From a virus (lineage: Duplodnaviria > Caudoviricetes), in IMG/VR virus record IMGVR_UViG_3300045771_000049, positions 1 through 64,000 of that record: a DNA stretch of 64,000 nt, one strand, 5' to 3'. The first letter of the stretch is position 1. Each line of letters opens with the position of its first letter. Shown here in pieces: positions 47,601 to 57,822 of the stretch. Position numbers and translations under genes: made by a program. The notes under the pieces were generated by a model. It did no database searches and had not been told where the DNA came from. It saw only the letters and a program-made list of their open reading frames with translations.

Positions 47601-50600
47601 GGCATCCGTCAGGCCGCCATATTGGTCAAGCTCATCGATCTCGGCGGCAAATACCGCACTGACATTGGTCGCGTCTTGCAGCGTCGTGAGCAGATCATCC
47701 GTATCACCACCCAGCAGACAGCCATAGAGATCGGCGGCCTCGGCGAGACTGCCCGTTTCGCTCGTGTCGCCGCCAAAAATGCTATCGCTGGTGTCTACAA
47801 GCTCACTGAGCGCACCGGTTTCCTCGGTTGTGCAGGCGAACCATGCAGTGGCATCCACAATTTCTGCGGCCCAGCCGGTTTCGTCATAGGTCCCCACGAA
47901 GCTGCTTGGACCAGGGGCGCATGCATCACCCAACCCGTCCGCATCGGCGATATCACCGCCAAAGATGTTGGCGAAATTATCAGCATCGTCCTGACAGTTT
48001 CCAGCATCCTCGATATCACTGATGAAGATTGCCGTCGCGTCTGTGACGTCATTGGCGGCCAATGTTTCGGCCATATCGCCTACGTAGTCACTGTCCGCAA
48101 CATCACTGCTATCGCTGATAGCAAGGCTTAAATCGATCGCGCTATTGGCGATGTTCTCGCCCGCGCAGCCATCAATGCCAATACCGAATTCTGCAACAGC
48201 ACCGACGAATATACTGTCCAGCGTGTCGGTCAAATCGGCGCCATCCAGGAATTCAAACTCCAGGCCATACGTGCTATTGACATCGACTACAAAATCATCA
48301 ATGAACTGCGCATCTTCTTCGATATCACCGACGAAAATGTTATCAGAGACGTCAACCACATCTGCCAGATCGCTGAATTCACTCGTGTGACCGGTATAGA
48401 TACTGCCGAAATCATCTACGCTGTCGGTGAGTACGCCATCATCTTCGATATCCGTAACGAAAATTGCGGTCGCGTCGGCCGGATCATCAGCAAAGCCAAA
48501 TTCATCCACTTCACTGACAAAATCAGCATTGGCGCCGCTCTCATCCGAAATCGTATCAGCATCCGTCGAATCGCCGACGAACACGTTGGCATAAACATCC
48601 ACCCAATCTTCGCCAGCCAGGGTCTCCTCAGTCTGGGCAACGAAGATGGTAGTGCAGGTGATAACATCACTGGCCGTCAGTTGCTCTTGAACCGCGCCGA
48701 TGAAAATGCTTGCAAACGTATCAGTGAGTTCATCCAGTTCGCCCAGTTCACTGGCATCCCCATCGAACGTATCATCGATCGTGTCCATGGCGTCGCGACC
48801 ATCACCCGCCTCATCCACTTCGGCCGCGAAGATTGCCGAGCAAGCGGACTGGTCACCTGCATCCAGCGTTTCGTCGGTCTCGCCCACGAAAATGCTGCCG
48901 AAAGTATCGGCCGCATCGAGCGACGCACAGCTATCGAGAGTTGCGCCATTGTAAAGGCAGAACTGGGTATTAGTCTGATCAGCGGCGGCGCTTGTCTCAT
49001 CACAGAACGAAACAAAATCAGTGGTCTCGGTCAGACCATCACTGGGTGTCAGTCTCTCATCGGTTTCGCCGACGAAAATGCTGGCAGTGAGATCGGCATA
49101 GTCGGCCGCATCCAGCCCATCGCTATTATCGCCTCCAAAGACGTTAGTGGTATTGTCGGTAAGATCGGCACCGAAAGCGTCCTCCACCGCGTCTACGACG
49201 AAAATCGCAGTGCTGCTCGGGACATCCAGCACGGCGAGTGCATCGCTGGTGGCCCCATTGAGGATGCTGCCGAGACAATCCGGCAGATCGATAAGTTGGC
49301 CATCCTCCTGCACATCACCCAGGAACACACTGGCATAGGTGTCGGTGAAGTCATGAACATGGGCGAAATTGACCCCTGTCGCGACAAACAGCGCGGAGCA
49401 ATTGGCCTGTTCTGCCGCATCCAGGGTTTCATCGGTCTCACCGTCAAACACGCTGGGGCCGGTGTCAACACTGTCTGCGAGATCGGCGGCTTCATCGCAC
49501 TCGGCCACGCCGATGATATTGGCCGCAAGCGCATCGATCGCGGCACCAAGCTCATCGGTTTCGCCGACGAAGAGACTGGGCGCGGTGGCGACCGGCTGGT
49601 CATTGGCGCCCAAGGCTTCGTTGATGTTGACTAGGGTCTGGTCGGTTTCCGAGGCGAAGTCACCAATGCTGCCAGTTTCGGTGTATTGGCCAACCAGGGT
49701 GCTAGGCCCGAGGTCCGAAGCGTCGCCCGTCGATCCAGTTTCAGTGACAGCACCGTCGAAGCTATTTGAGTCATTATCGGTTTGATCGGCGGCATTCGCT
49801 GTCTCGACGCTGAGACTGACGAAGACCGCAGTGCTATCACAAACGTCGAGCAAGGCGCCGGGTTCGATGCAATCACCACCAAATGCGCCACCGAAGATAT
49901 CCGGCTGGTCTGCGACCCAACCCGCTTCATCGGTGTTGCCACCATAGATATCCATGTGACTATCAGCAATATCGGTGGCGAAACGCACGTTATGGATGGT
50001 GGTGTTGAAGATCGCGGTGCGATCAAGCGCATCCGTGATATGGGTTTTTTCGGTGTAATCGCCCAGGAAAATACTGCCCGAGCCATCAGTTGTATCGGTC
50101 GCGTTTGCCAGTTCATCGGCCTCGCCAATGTAGATGCTGGCAAAGTTATCGGCGTAATCGGCGAGAGTGCCGAGTTCGTTAACCGAGGCAATGAAGATGG
50201 CGGTTGCATCGCAGGCGTCCAGAACCAGAAGGTCATCGGCCAGCGCACCGACAAACAGGCTGTTCAGATCGTTTGGTGAATCAGCGGCATTGGCGATTTC
50301 GCTGCCATCGCCGACCCATTGACTGATTGTCGTGTCAGACGCGTCTGTGATCGAAACGATCTCGGCGATCAGCGCCGCGAACACGGCTGTGGTGTCTGTG
50401 CGATCGGTCGTTGTGGCAAGCACTTCGCCTTCGATGCCGGTGAGGATATCGTAAAGGGAATCGCTTTGGTCACCGGTCGCGCCCGCCTCAACCGTGGCCC
50501 CGCCAAAGACGTTGCCCTCGGTATCACTCAGGTCATCGAGTGCTCCGTTTTCGAGGCAGGTGCTGAGGAAACTGGCCGTAATCGTTTCAGCATCAGAGGC

Positions 50601-53600
50601 CGATCCCGTTTCGGTTTCCGCCCCCACGAGCGTATCGTCCAGTGAGGTGACGAAATCGACCGGGACACCTGTGTCTGTGGTGGCGCCGCCGAAGAGGTTC
50701 CCTGAATTATCGCAGGTATCACCGGACGCTCCGAAGTCACTGATGGAAACACTGAAGTCTGCATGATTCGCGACTGTGTCGAGAGCCGCCGCAGAGGCGT
50801 CATCAATGGCGCCATTAAACAGGTTGTTGGCGGTGTTGCTGGCATCCTGGGTCTGGCCTTGCTCATCGGTTTCGCCGACGAACACACTGAGATTGGTGGC
50901 TGTGATCTCGACGACCGCCCCAGTCTCATCGGTTTCACCAACAAAGCTATTGGCGTTTGTATACACAACTTCGGCGATTGCGCCGGTCTCATCGGTTTCA
51001 CCAACAAAGCTATTGGCGTTTGTATACACAACTTCGCCGATCGCGCCGGTCTCAGCGATAGCGCCGACGAATATGCTGGCATGGGTGTCTGTGGTATCGG
51101 CAAGGTCGTTCAGATCATTAATGAAATTTTCATTTTGATCGCCTGCTTCGATCCCTAGATCGGTTAATGCGCCGCTTTCCGCAACTGTGCCAACGAAACC
51201 ACTCTGTGCGGTAGTTGTCGCCTCGGTTGCGTTGCCAAACTCAAGACTTGTAACGACGAAACTGGCCACCGAGGTGGCGAGATCACTGGCTGCGCCATTC
51301 TCAGCAACAGCGGACCCGGTGATCGTGTTGCCGAGTGTGGTGTCAGCCGCAGCCAATAGCTCATTGGCGCTGCCACCAAACAGACTGGAGGCGGTGCCCG
51401 AGGTATCAGTCGCGAGGCCAGAATCGGCAATTGTAGCTACCGCAACGATCGTCGTGGAAATATATTCGAGGGCCGCACCAATTTCGTCAGTTTCTCCGAC
51501 AAAGAGGTTCAGATTCGTGTTCGAATAGTCACTCGCCGCGCCGGTCTCGCTTGCGGCACCGCCAAAGAGGCTGGGGGCGACAGTCGAGCCATCGTCCGCA
51601 GTGCCAGAATCGGCAATCGCGCCCCCATAGCTGCTCGGTGCCTCATTCGTCGCATCATTCGCCCCGCCCGCTTCGTTGACCAGGACCAAGGTGATATCGG
51701 TTTCGGCTTCGCTATCGGCGAGGGCCAAGGGTTCCCATACGGCGCCGACGAACAGATTGCCTGCTGTGGCCATTGTGTCGGTCGCTGAGAGGCTTTCCGG
51801 GGTTTGGCCGACGTAGAGGCTGGCTGCCACGTCCATGGCGTCAGTGGCCGTCCCAGCCTCGGCATAAGCACCGACGAAGATGCTGGCGAACAGACTGGGA
51901 CTATCAGCCGCATTCAGCGGCTCGGCGTCGCTCCCGACAAAGCTGCTAATCGTGGTAGCCAGCAATTCGGCCGCCGCGCCCGATTCGATTGTAGTCCCAA
52001 CATAGACACTGGGCGCTTCATTGACTGAATCGCTGACCAGATCGATCTCGTTGACCGTGGTATTGGCAATGAAGATAGCGATTTCGCTATCAGCCACATT
52101 GCCGGTTTCGGCCAGGGCGCCGCCAAAGGAACTATTGGTCGTGGCCGGGCTATCGAGAGCGGTGCCCGATTCGGCAACAGTGGTCGCGAAAATCGCCTGG
52201 ACTGCGGTGGCATCCGTGCCAAGCAGAGTTTCACCGTCCACAACTGTGGTAATGACATAGCCAGATTCCAGATCGCTTGCGGCCCCGGTTTCGGCATTGG
52301 CGCCCCCGAAACTGCTCGGCCCGGCATTGCTCAGATCGACGGCATTGGGGGTCTCTGCGATATTGGCAAAGGTCTGATAAGTCGCTGAGGGGACATCAAG
52401 TGCTGCGCCAATTTCGTTCGTCGCACCCACGAATACGTTTTGATTCAGGCTGACGCTTTCGACGAGATTACCAGTCTCGACTACTGCTCCCACAAATACA
52501 CTGGCAAACGTACTGGCTGCGTCATTTGCCGTCCCAGTATCGGCAATTGCCCCGTTGAAAAGACTTGGTGCTGTGGTCGCGGAGTCGGTCGCTGAACCGG
52601 TTTCGTTGGTGCTGCCGATCGCGGTATTCAGGGCACTCGGGTTATCGCTCGTCGCCCCGGATTCGGCGATCGCGCCAATGAAGACATTCTGATTGGTGGA
52701 AGGGATATCAGAGGCGCCGCCCATTTCGATGACTGTGGCAACCGCCAGTTCGGTTTCGGTCACGAGGTCCGATGCTAAGCCGGTCTCGCCGACGCTTACA
52801 TTCGTAATATAAACCGAGCTAGTAAGATCAGCCAGTGCGCCGGTTTCAGTCAAAGCTCCGACGAACGTATTGGCACTTGTGTTTACAGTATCGCTGGCCG
52901 ATCCGGTTTCCGGTGTGCTACGGTTCGCCGTGGTGAAGGCGATCAGACTATCGACCGCGTTGCCGTTTTCGGCGATCGCGCCTAGGAATATACTGGCATT
53001 TGTGGCTGGGATGTCGGTTGCCGAACCAGTCTCGCTGATTGCGCTGAGGGTAATATAGGTGGCAGAAGATTGATCAAATGCATTGCCGTTTTCGGGCGTA
53101 TTGCCGACCCATATATCTTGGGTGACACTGACCGTATCAGAGGCGATGCCTGTTTCGGCGACATTCCCTGAGTACAGACTGGCAAAGGCATTGGTCGCAT
53201 CATTGCTTGAGCCGGTTTCGGTGATGGCGCCAACGAAAATACTGCCGAGTGTGTCAGGATTGTCAAGCGCCGCGCCCAGTTCATCGGTTTCGCCCACAAA
53301 CGTGCTGATCGTCGTGGCCGGACTATCGCTCGCGTTGCCTGCTTCATTGATGATCGCGGCTGCGAGATAGATCGATCCCACGGCGTCAGAAGCGGCCCCG
53401 ATCTCGCTGTCGTCGCCACCATAGCTGCTGCCAAACGGAACCGTAGTATCAGCCGCATTGCCAAATTCAGTGATAAGCCCAAAGGTAATATCGGTCTCAT
53501 CGGTTGCATCAGTTAGCGCGCCAGTTTCGCCCGTGTTGCCCACATAGGTGCTGGCGATGATGGCTGTCGCCTCCGCAAGCGTGCCGGTTTCGGCCACCGC

Positions 53601-56480
53601 CCCGCCGAGAAGATTGGCGAGCGAATTGACCGCATCTGTGGCCAGACCCAATTCACTTATGTTACCAACGAAATTACTATTCGAGGCATTGACTGCATCA
53701 CTCGCATTGCCAGTTTCGGCGATGTTTCCAACGAATGTGCTGGGGCCGGTGTTCGCAATATCGGCGGCGCTTCCACTTTCGCTGATCGAGACATTGGTGA
53801 TCTTGCTGGCATTGGTCGTATCGGCTATGGCGCCCGCATCTGCGATCGCGCCAATAAATATGCTAGGCGCGGCAAGAACCATATCGCTGGCCGCACCAGC
53901 CTCTGCAATGCTGACATTTGTCGCATCGGTATTGGTGACTTGGTCGGATACGGCTCCGCTCTCATTGACCGCACCCACAAAGGTATTGGCGATAACGGTT
54001 ACATTGTCTTGAAGATTGCGAACCTCACTGGCATTCACGACCCCGTCTGGGGATGTCTGGGTGATCTGGTTCATCTGCAACGTGACAGCGGTCTGCGAGA
54101 GGAATCGCGCATAGGCCGCCGCCCCGGTCATCAACGCGATCGAGGTCGCGCCAAGCACAATGCCTTGGAACGAGGCGCCCGTGCCGATGGTCGAACTAGA
54201 AGCGATCACCCAGAAGATGTTTTTGGCTTGCAGACCGCCGCTGAGCGTAATGATCACCGAATTGGCTACGGTGAAGGTTCCGGCGACTTGGAGAACATAG
54301 ACATCGTTCGGGCCGCCCGTCAGGGTGACATTTGTGCTGACCAGAAGCCCGCTGGTCCATTTATAGATGCCAGGGGTAAGCGTTGCGCCGCCGATTTGGC
54401 CTGCGCCGAATTCACTGAAAGCAGGTGGGGCGCGGCCCACACCGTCATTGTAGGCGGTGAGCATATCGCCAACCGCGATGCTTAGATACGACGCGTTGAT
54501 AACCGCGCAGGGTGCTGGACCAGCCGCATCAACAACATAAATGTCACCGGTTACTTCACTGCAAGAAAGCAACATGGCGGCGCCCGTGATCGGACTAGTG
54601 CCCACATCGCCAACAACCACCGAAGGAAAGACATCGGTAACGCCAGACTCAGACAGGATGACAAAGTTGCCCGCTGTTCTGAGATTGATGGGTGATAGAT
54701 TTAGTCCGGTCGTGTCGGCGGCCGAACCTGATTCGGTGATCGCCGCACTGGTGATCTGCGTGGCTGCCACAACATCCGAGGCAGCGCCGGTCTCATTGAT
54801 TATGCCATTGAAGGTGCTGATCGTGGTCGAAGTGACCGCAGCCGCGTTGCCGGTCTCAACCACATTGCCAAAATACGTGCTCGCGATGATCGCCGCAACA
54901 TCTACACCTGCACCGCTTTCGTTGATGTTTCCACTATAAGCACTTGCGGCAATGGCCGGGATATCGACAGCCAACCCGCCTTCGCTCGTGCTGCCAACAT
55001 AGCTACTGGGTGCGGTAGCGCAACTATCATTTGCGGCGCCAGTTTCACTGACCAGAACGAACGTGAGATCGGTATCCAAGACCGTGTCGGTCGCATTACC
55101 GGTTTCGCTGATATTGCCGAAATACGTACTCGCAGCCACGCCAAACAGATCGACGGCATTACCAATTTCGATAACATTGCCGAAATAGACGCTTGCAACC
55201 ACACTCGTCAGATCAGTGGCCGCTCCAGTTGCCGTGATGGCAGCCGATGCGACATAGGTTTCGCTGGTCGCATCGACGATCGTCGTGTTGATCGTAACAA
55301 ACTCGACAACCGGTGATGCTTGGGTTGTACTGGCTTGGCCGAAGATCAGGGCAGCGTTGCCATTGACATCGGCTGTGAATGGAACGGTCACCCATGTTCC
55401 AGCGTTGGGAACGGTCCAACTGCTCGTGATGGTCGTTAGAAGGACGGTGTTGACCGTCAGGGTGAACACATAGTTGAGATTCGGACTATTATCGCCGGAC
55501 AGCAGGAAATTAACCGTGTACGGAGCAAATGGCACCAGCCCAGTCTGCGTATAGCTGGCTTGACCGACTGGGGTGGTTTCGTTGATTTGAAACGCACAGG
55601 CGCCGGACAATGAATCGATCAGTAGCCAACAGTTCCCTGCAAACGTCCAGCCCAGCGCGCTGGTTAAATTATATTGAGACGCACTTTCCATCGTTTGCGT
55701 TGTGATCGAACTACGATAGGTTCCAACGAACGCCGAACTTGAAAAATTCTGACTGTAGACGACGAAGGGCGTTTCGGCGACGCTGCCAGTGAAGATGCTA
55801 TTACTTTCATTGGGCGTGTCGGTCGCGTTGCCGGTTTCAGCCACGGTTGCGGCGAGCGGAGCCGCCAATGCCTCGATCAAAGAGGCACCGACAATATTGC
55901 TCGGCACCGTGTATTCGGCAAGTATTTCAGTATTGGTGGCGCCACCAAACAGTGTGACGGCCTCGATCGGGATGTTCGTGTTGGTAGTGTTGGTCATCAA
56001 CACGGTTGCGGTCGGGACGCTAACCGCGAGCGTGAGGGCAGCGTGATAGCCCATACCAAGGGCGATGCCGAGACTCGCCCCACCGGTCGTGTAAAGGGCG
56101 ACGGTATCCGCTGTGATACCAGCAAAAGTCGTAGTAGTGGTGCCGATTGGAAGGGTGGTCTTGGTCCCGGCGAGGCCGACCGCGAGGCAGACGGCAATGT
56201 CACACGCACTGCTGCTGGTGATCGACACCGAATTCGAGCCGGTTGGCGGATTGATCAGATACCACGCCCAGAGCGTCTGGTAGTTCGTCCCGGCTACCGA
56301 AACGATATTGGTCATTGCCGTGCCACCATAAGTGCAGGTCGGCACGTAACTGTATTTGCTTTGCGTGTAATAATAGACGATTAGTAGCGAACAGCCAGTT
56401 GCATTATAGCTTTGCGTATAGCTTAACGGGGTGCTGCCTGCCGAGTTGCCGGTTGAATAGGATACAATGGAAGATGACAC
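44667..56480 (-). CDS. Giant acidic repeat protein (3937 aa), probable virion fibre/adhesin with DUF3494 domain
   Basis: About 21-aa ETG.A.D...F.G repeats, very few K/R, C-terminal Ig-like VTVTG.PTLSLN.GG.ATY module; TAAATA at 56515. Confidence 0.85.
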   Translation of the reverse strand: MSSSIVSYSTGNSAGSTPLSYTQSYNATGCSLLIVYYYTQSKYSYVPTCTYGGTAMTNIVSVAGTNYQTLWAWYLINPPTGSNSVSITSSSACDIAVCLAVGLAGTKTTLPIGTTTTTFAGITADTVALYTTGGASLGIALGMGYHAALTLAVSVPTATVLMTNTTNTNIPIEAVTLFGGATNTEILAEYTVPSNIVGASLIEALAAPLAATVAETGNATDTPNESNSIFTGSVAETPFVVYSQNFSSSAFVGTYRSSITTQTMESASQYNLTSALGWTFAGNCWLLIDSLSGACAFQINETTPVGQASYTQTGLVPFAPYTVNFLLSGDNSPNLNYVFTLTVNTVLLTTITSSWTVPNAGTWVTVPFTADVNGNAALIFGQASTTQASPVVEFVTINTTIVDATSETYVASAAITATGAATDLTSVVASVYFGNVIEIGNAVDLFGVAASTYFGNISETGNATDTVLDTDLTFVLVSETGAANDSCATAPSSYVGSTSEGGLAVDIPAIAASAYSGNINESGAGVDVAAIIASTYFGNVVETGNAAAVTSTTISTFNGIINETGAASDVVAATQITSAAITESGSAADTTGLNLSPINLRTAGNFVILSESGVTDVFPSVVVGDVGTSPITGAAMLLSCSEVTGDIYVVDAAGPAPCAVINASYLSIAVGDMLTAYNDGVGRAPPAFSEFGAGQIGGATLTPGIYKWTSGLLVSTNVTLTGGPNDVYVLQVAGTFTVANSVIITLSGGLQAKNIFWVIASSSTIGTGASFQGIVLGATSIALMTGAAAYARFLSQTAVTLQMNQITQTSPDGVVNASEVRNLQDNVTVIANTFVGAVNESGAVSDQVTNTDATNVSIAEAGAASDMVLAAPSIFIGAIADAGAIADTTNASKITNVSISESGSAADIANTGPSTFVGNIAETGNASDAVNASNSNFVGNISELGLATDAVNSLANLLGGAVAETGTLAEATAIIASTYVGNTGETGALTDATDETDITFGLITEFGNAADTTVPFGSSYGGDDSEIGAASDAVGSIYLAAAIINEAGNASDSPATTISTFVGETDELGAALDNPDTLGSIFVGAITETGSSNDATNAFASLYSGNVAETGIASDTVSVTQDIWVGNTPENGNAFDQSSATYITLSAISETGSATDIPATNASIFLGAIAENGNAVDSLIAFTTANRSTPETGSASDTVNTSANTFVGALTETGALADLTSSVYITNVSVGETGLASDLVTETELAVATVIEMGGASDIPSTNQNVFIGAIAESGATSDNPSALNTAIGSTNETGSATDSATTAPSLFNGAIADTGTANDAASTFASVFVGAVVETGNLVESVSLNQNVFVGATNEIGAALDVPSATYQTFANIAETPNAVDLSNAGPSSFGGANAETGAASDLESGYVITTVVDGETLLGTDATAVQAIFATTVAESGTALDSPATTNSSFGGALAETGNVADSEIAIFIANTTVNEIDLVSDSVNEAPSVYVGTTIESGAAAELLATTISSFVGSDAEPLNAADSPSLFASIFVGAYAEAGTATDAMDVAASLYVGQTPESLSATDTMATAGNLFVGAVWEPLALADSEAETDITLVLVNEAGGANDATNEAPSSYGGAIADSGTADDGSTVAPSLFGGAASETGAASDYSNTNLNLFVGETDEIGAALEYISTTIVAVATIADSGLATDTSGTASSLFGGSANELLAAADTTLGNTITGSAVAENGAASDLATSVASFVVTSLEFGNATEATTTAQSGFVGTVAESGALTDLGIEAGDQNENFINDLNDLADTTDTHASIFVGAIAETGAIGEVVYTNANSFVGETDETGAIAEVVYTNANSFVGETDETGAVVEITATNLSVFVGETDEQGQTQDASNTANNLFNGAIDDASAAALDTVANHADFSVSISDFGASGDTCDNSGNLFGGATTDTGVPVDFVTSLDDTLVGAETETGSASDAETITASFLSTCLENGALDDLSDTEGNVFGGATVEAGATGDQSDSLYDILTGIEGEVLATTTDRTDTTAVFAALIAEIVSITDASDTTISQWVGDGSEIANAADSPNDLNSLFVGALADDLLVLDACDATAIFIASVNELGTLADYADNFASIYIGEADELANATDTTDGSGSIFLGDYTEKTHITDALDRTAIFNTTIHNVRFATDIADSHMDIYGGNTDEAGWVADQPDIFGGAFGGDCIEPGALLDVCDSTAVFVSLSVETANAADQTDNDSNSFDGAVTETGSTGDASDLGPSTLVGQYTETGSIGDFASETDQTLVNINEALGANDQPVATAPSLFVGETDELGAAIDALAANIIGVAECDEAADLADSVDTGPSVFDGETDETLDAAEQANCSALFVATGVNFAHVHDFTDTYASVFLGDVQEDGQLIDLPDCLGSILNGATSDALAVLDVPSSTAIFVVDAVEDAFGADLTDNTTNVFGGDNSDGLDAADYADLTASIFVGETDERLTPSDGLTETTDFVSFCDETSAAADQTNTQFCLYNGATLDSCASLDAADTFGSIFVGETDETLDAGDQSACSAIFAAEVDEAGDGRDAMDTIDDTFDGDASELGELDELTDTFASIFIGAVQEQLTASDVITCTTIFVAQTEETLAGEDWVDVYANVFVGDSTDADTISDESGANADFVSEVDEFGFADDPADATAIFVTDIEDDGVLTDSVDDFGSIYTGHTSEFSDLADVVDVSDNIFVGDIEEDAQFIDDFVVDVNSTYGLEFEFLDGADLTDTLDSIFVGAVAEFGIGIDGCAGENIANSAIDLSLAISDSSDVADSDYVGDMAETLAANDVTDATAIFISDIEDAGNCQDDADNFANIFGGDIADADGLGDACAPGPSSFVGTYDETGWAAEIVDATAWFACTTEETGALSELVDTSDSIFGGDTSETGSLAEAADLYGCLLGGDTDDLLTTLQDATNVSAVFAAEIDELDQYGGLTDASDNGFNLFNGNASEIYGLLDDAEEYDSMFGGAISEAEGCTDALSATAVFIGSNAEFASPLDLADTADNLFVGATSDTLHAAEIVNAGHIGNANINEGTASSADECDTTVDYIVDCLETGTAIDSFDTFEAQYGGDASETAGASDWADVIASVYVGETDETGQADETCYTQADFVASAFNFCFARDHLDTYESVYLGNTTDTGTALDLTNEALSVFVGEVDESADLLDQPVDVDITEGIIAEFPDAEDLVDVGPSAYWGAVVELCNLLDAPFAANIAPGDVSEPLGLTETVDTADSIWVGETDETGASTDLTNVVAVFATVIAEIGAASDLTDTYANLLGGETDETGALVDLSAIIASTYSGETDEIGIIGDTSGITAIFVAQIDEIPIALDLTDNRANLFVGETPENCGPEDSVNTFASLFDGDTEETEATLDQASVVAIFASTVAELCAALDSFDTLSSNFNGDTRDFLSCADLPDTAFSQFGGSAGDLGSCSDIADSTATFITTIAEFGNCVDSMDTRDDVFVGEVDELEGASDSGNGGNFSGIGVDEAETITDQIAVFVWFAATIAELGGATDQVDCIWNTYADIEEVNAVAREMCIDAIVTLVPVMESNLTIEVVDATYMTLASIIEFGVAADLTDSVLISTQAVVETGGMADRTDATLITLAAIIEGGLSADATSALDTSIDDVTELCELADACEIAEWAVANSTDTGLALDQTNATAIYIAGVAETCSAVDMAVIMGIDSSNTSETGNAQDTVGCNQAIIISVAITGADVTNGSGSLTLGSTALMTLYLSEQVTVTGSPTLSLNDGGIATYMGDPAPGNAIVFSYTIGDNQNTDDLRIIALNLNGGTIQDVSGDPIATGGAVVHPPGIVQIGTGVPGLNLRTDGFGGGTSAPARRPHRPHPTSAFYRFAVKWKNGTGTQTQHDVPKRDINVKVNDVKQATDETTPNVSVDMSAAQDQPRVAATTPTRTGKY
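54060..54690 (-). other. Ice-binding-like DUF3494 domain within the giant protein
   Basis: LRTAGNFVILS..GVT, GDVGTSP, TLTPGIYKW, NIFW, F.G.VL..TSI, AVTL. Confidence 0.85.
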
Positions 56481-56711
56481 TGTTCAGCGGCTCGCATGCA
56501 AAAGGGATTGCTCCTATTTAGAAAGAACCGACCATCATCCGACCCAAGGTCGCCAATGTCAACCGTACGGAATGTGAATGGACGTATTGCCCACGCATCG
56601 CAAGCTCCATTTGTCACAAATATGTATACTAGTTTGTGACAAATGGCCAGCCTGATTCTGCAACGCCGAGCATGCTGCGTCGGAAGAAACGATGAGGGAA
56701 CTGGCAGAAGG

Positions 56712-57071
56712 TCAGTTATCTTGCTTGACCGGGGCTGGGCTATCAACTGCGCTGCTGCTTGGCGTCAGGTTCAGACTTTGCAAGGTAGCTCCGTCCAACT
56801 GACCGGTGACCGGTATAGCGTTCTTGCTCTGAAAGGCTTCGACCGCTTTCTTGGTATAGTGACCCCACACGCCATCAATCGGGCCGTCTTCGTAGTAACC
56901 ACTGTCTTGTAGCTTCTGTTGCACGGCCCGCACCGTATCGGACGATACCGAAGGCGCGGCAACACTAACGGGAGTCGGAGCAGGCGTTGGAGCGGTTTCT
57001 TTGTGTACCCAGCCGCAACCCGCTAGCAACACCAGAAATCCAAGCGTAATCGATAAAGTCAAGCTTTGCAT
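56712..57071 (-). CDS. Lipoprotein with peptidoglycan-binding (PG_binding_1) domain
   Basis: LLAG|C lipobox; V..VQ..L...GY...DG.WG..T..AV..FQ....VTG..D..T...L. Confidence 0.88.
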   Translation of the reverse strand: MQSLTLSITLGFLVLLAGCGWVHKETAPTPAPTPVSVAAPSVSSDTVRAVQQKLQDSGYYEDGPIDGVWGHYTKKAVEAFQSKNAIPVTGQLDGATLQSLNLTPSSSAVDSPAPVKQDN

Positions 57072-57225
57072 ATTGAAATCCTTTTGAAAATCCTATTTAT
57101 TCCCTGTGATACCACTGAATCTTTTAAAATCATTGAGTATAGCACTGACTGGAGTAACACGACATGCGTTAAGTTCTGTGCTACGCCAGCCATGTCGTTG
57201 CTAGGCTATGCCTTGATTTCGGCCG

Positions 57226-57456
57226 TCATGCATCCTCGTCTTCCACCCTATCAAAATTGTATTTCGCAGCGATCGCCGCATCCTCGGTCTCGAAATCGGC
57301 ATAATCGTCTGTGACAGTGTCTGCCAGGATCACGCCGTCCGACGCCATGCGGGTAATTTCCTCAGCCGTGGCCCGCAATCGGATGACGATTTCGTTCAGC
57401 GTGTCGGCACCGTCATAAAGGCCCTTGGCCCGGAACAACTGCCTGTAGAGTGTCAT
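57226..57456 (-). CDS. Small acidic hypothetical protein
   Basis: GGGGG SD before MTLYRQ. Confidence 0.55.
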   Translation of the reverse strand: MTLYRQLFRAKGLYDGADTLNEIVIRLRATAEEITRMASDGVILADTVTDDYADFETEDAAIAAKYNFDRVEDEDA

Positions 57457-57756
57457 AGGACCCCCGCTTTCAGACGTGATGTGATTATTACTTGGGTTGG
57501 GGCGAACGCAGTCGCCTTGCGTGCCATGTTGGTAGCTCCTTGCACTAAGCATTTTCTGTTGGTGCCGGGAAGAACCCGACACGGCGAGAAGAACATCGTC
57601 TGGCAGTATAGTCAACTGAAGAATTCTAGGGACCATTGGGTTAGCACAGTGCAAAACTACTGGCCATACTAGATAAACGCGTCAGGGTGGATTGGAGAAT
57701 TGGAAATTAGATAATGAGCGAAACCAAGACACGCGGCGGCACCCTTGGGATATAAG

Positions 57757-57785
57757 AAAAGGGAGCCAAACTGGCTCCCTTTTTT
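57757..57785. terminator. Bidirectional intrinsic terminator
   Basis: AAAAGGGAGCCA-AAC-TGGCTCCCTTTTTT. Confidence 0.85.
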
Positions 57786-57822
57786 GTCTTAGTTTTCTCT
57801 GTCTCAAAAAAGCAAAACTGTC

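Noticed and set aside
44674-56384. Long + strand ORFs (e.g. 469 aa, 415 aa) opposite the giant gene
   Set aside because: Antisense shadows of a repetitive, codon-biased gene, with no motifs.
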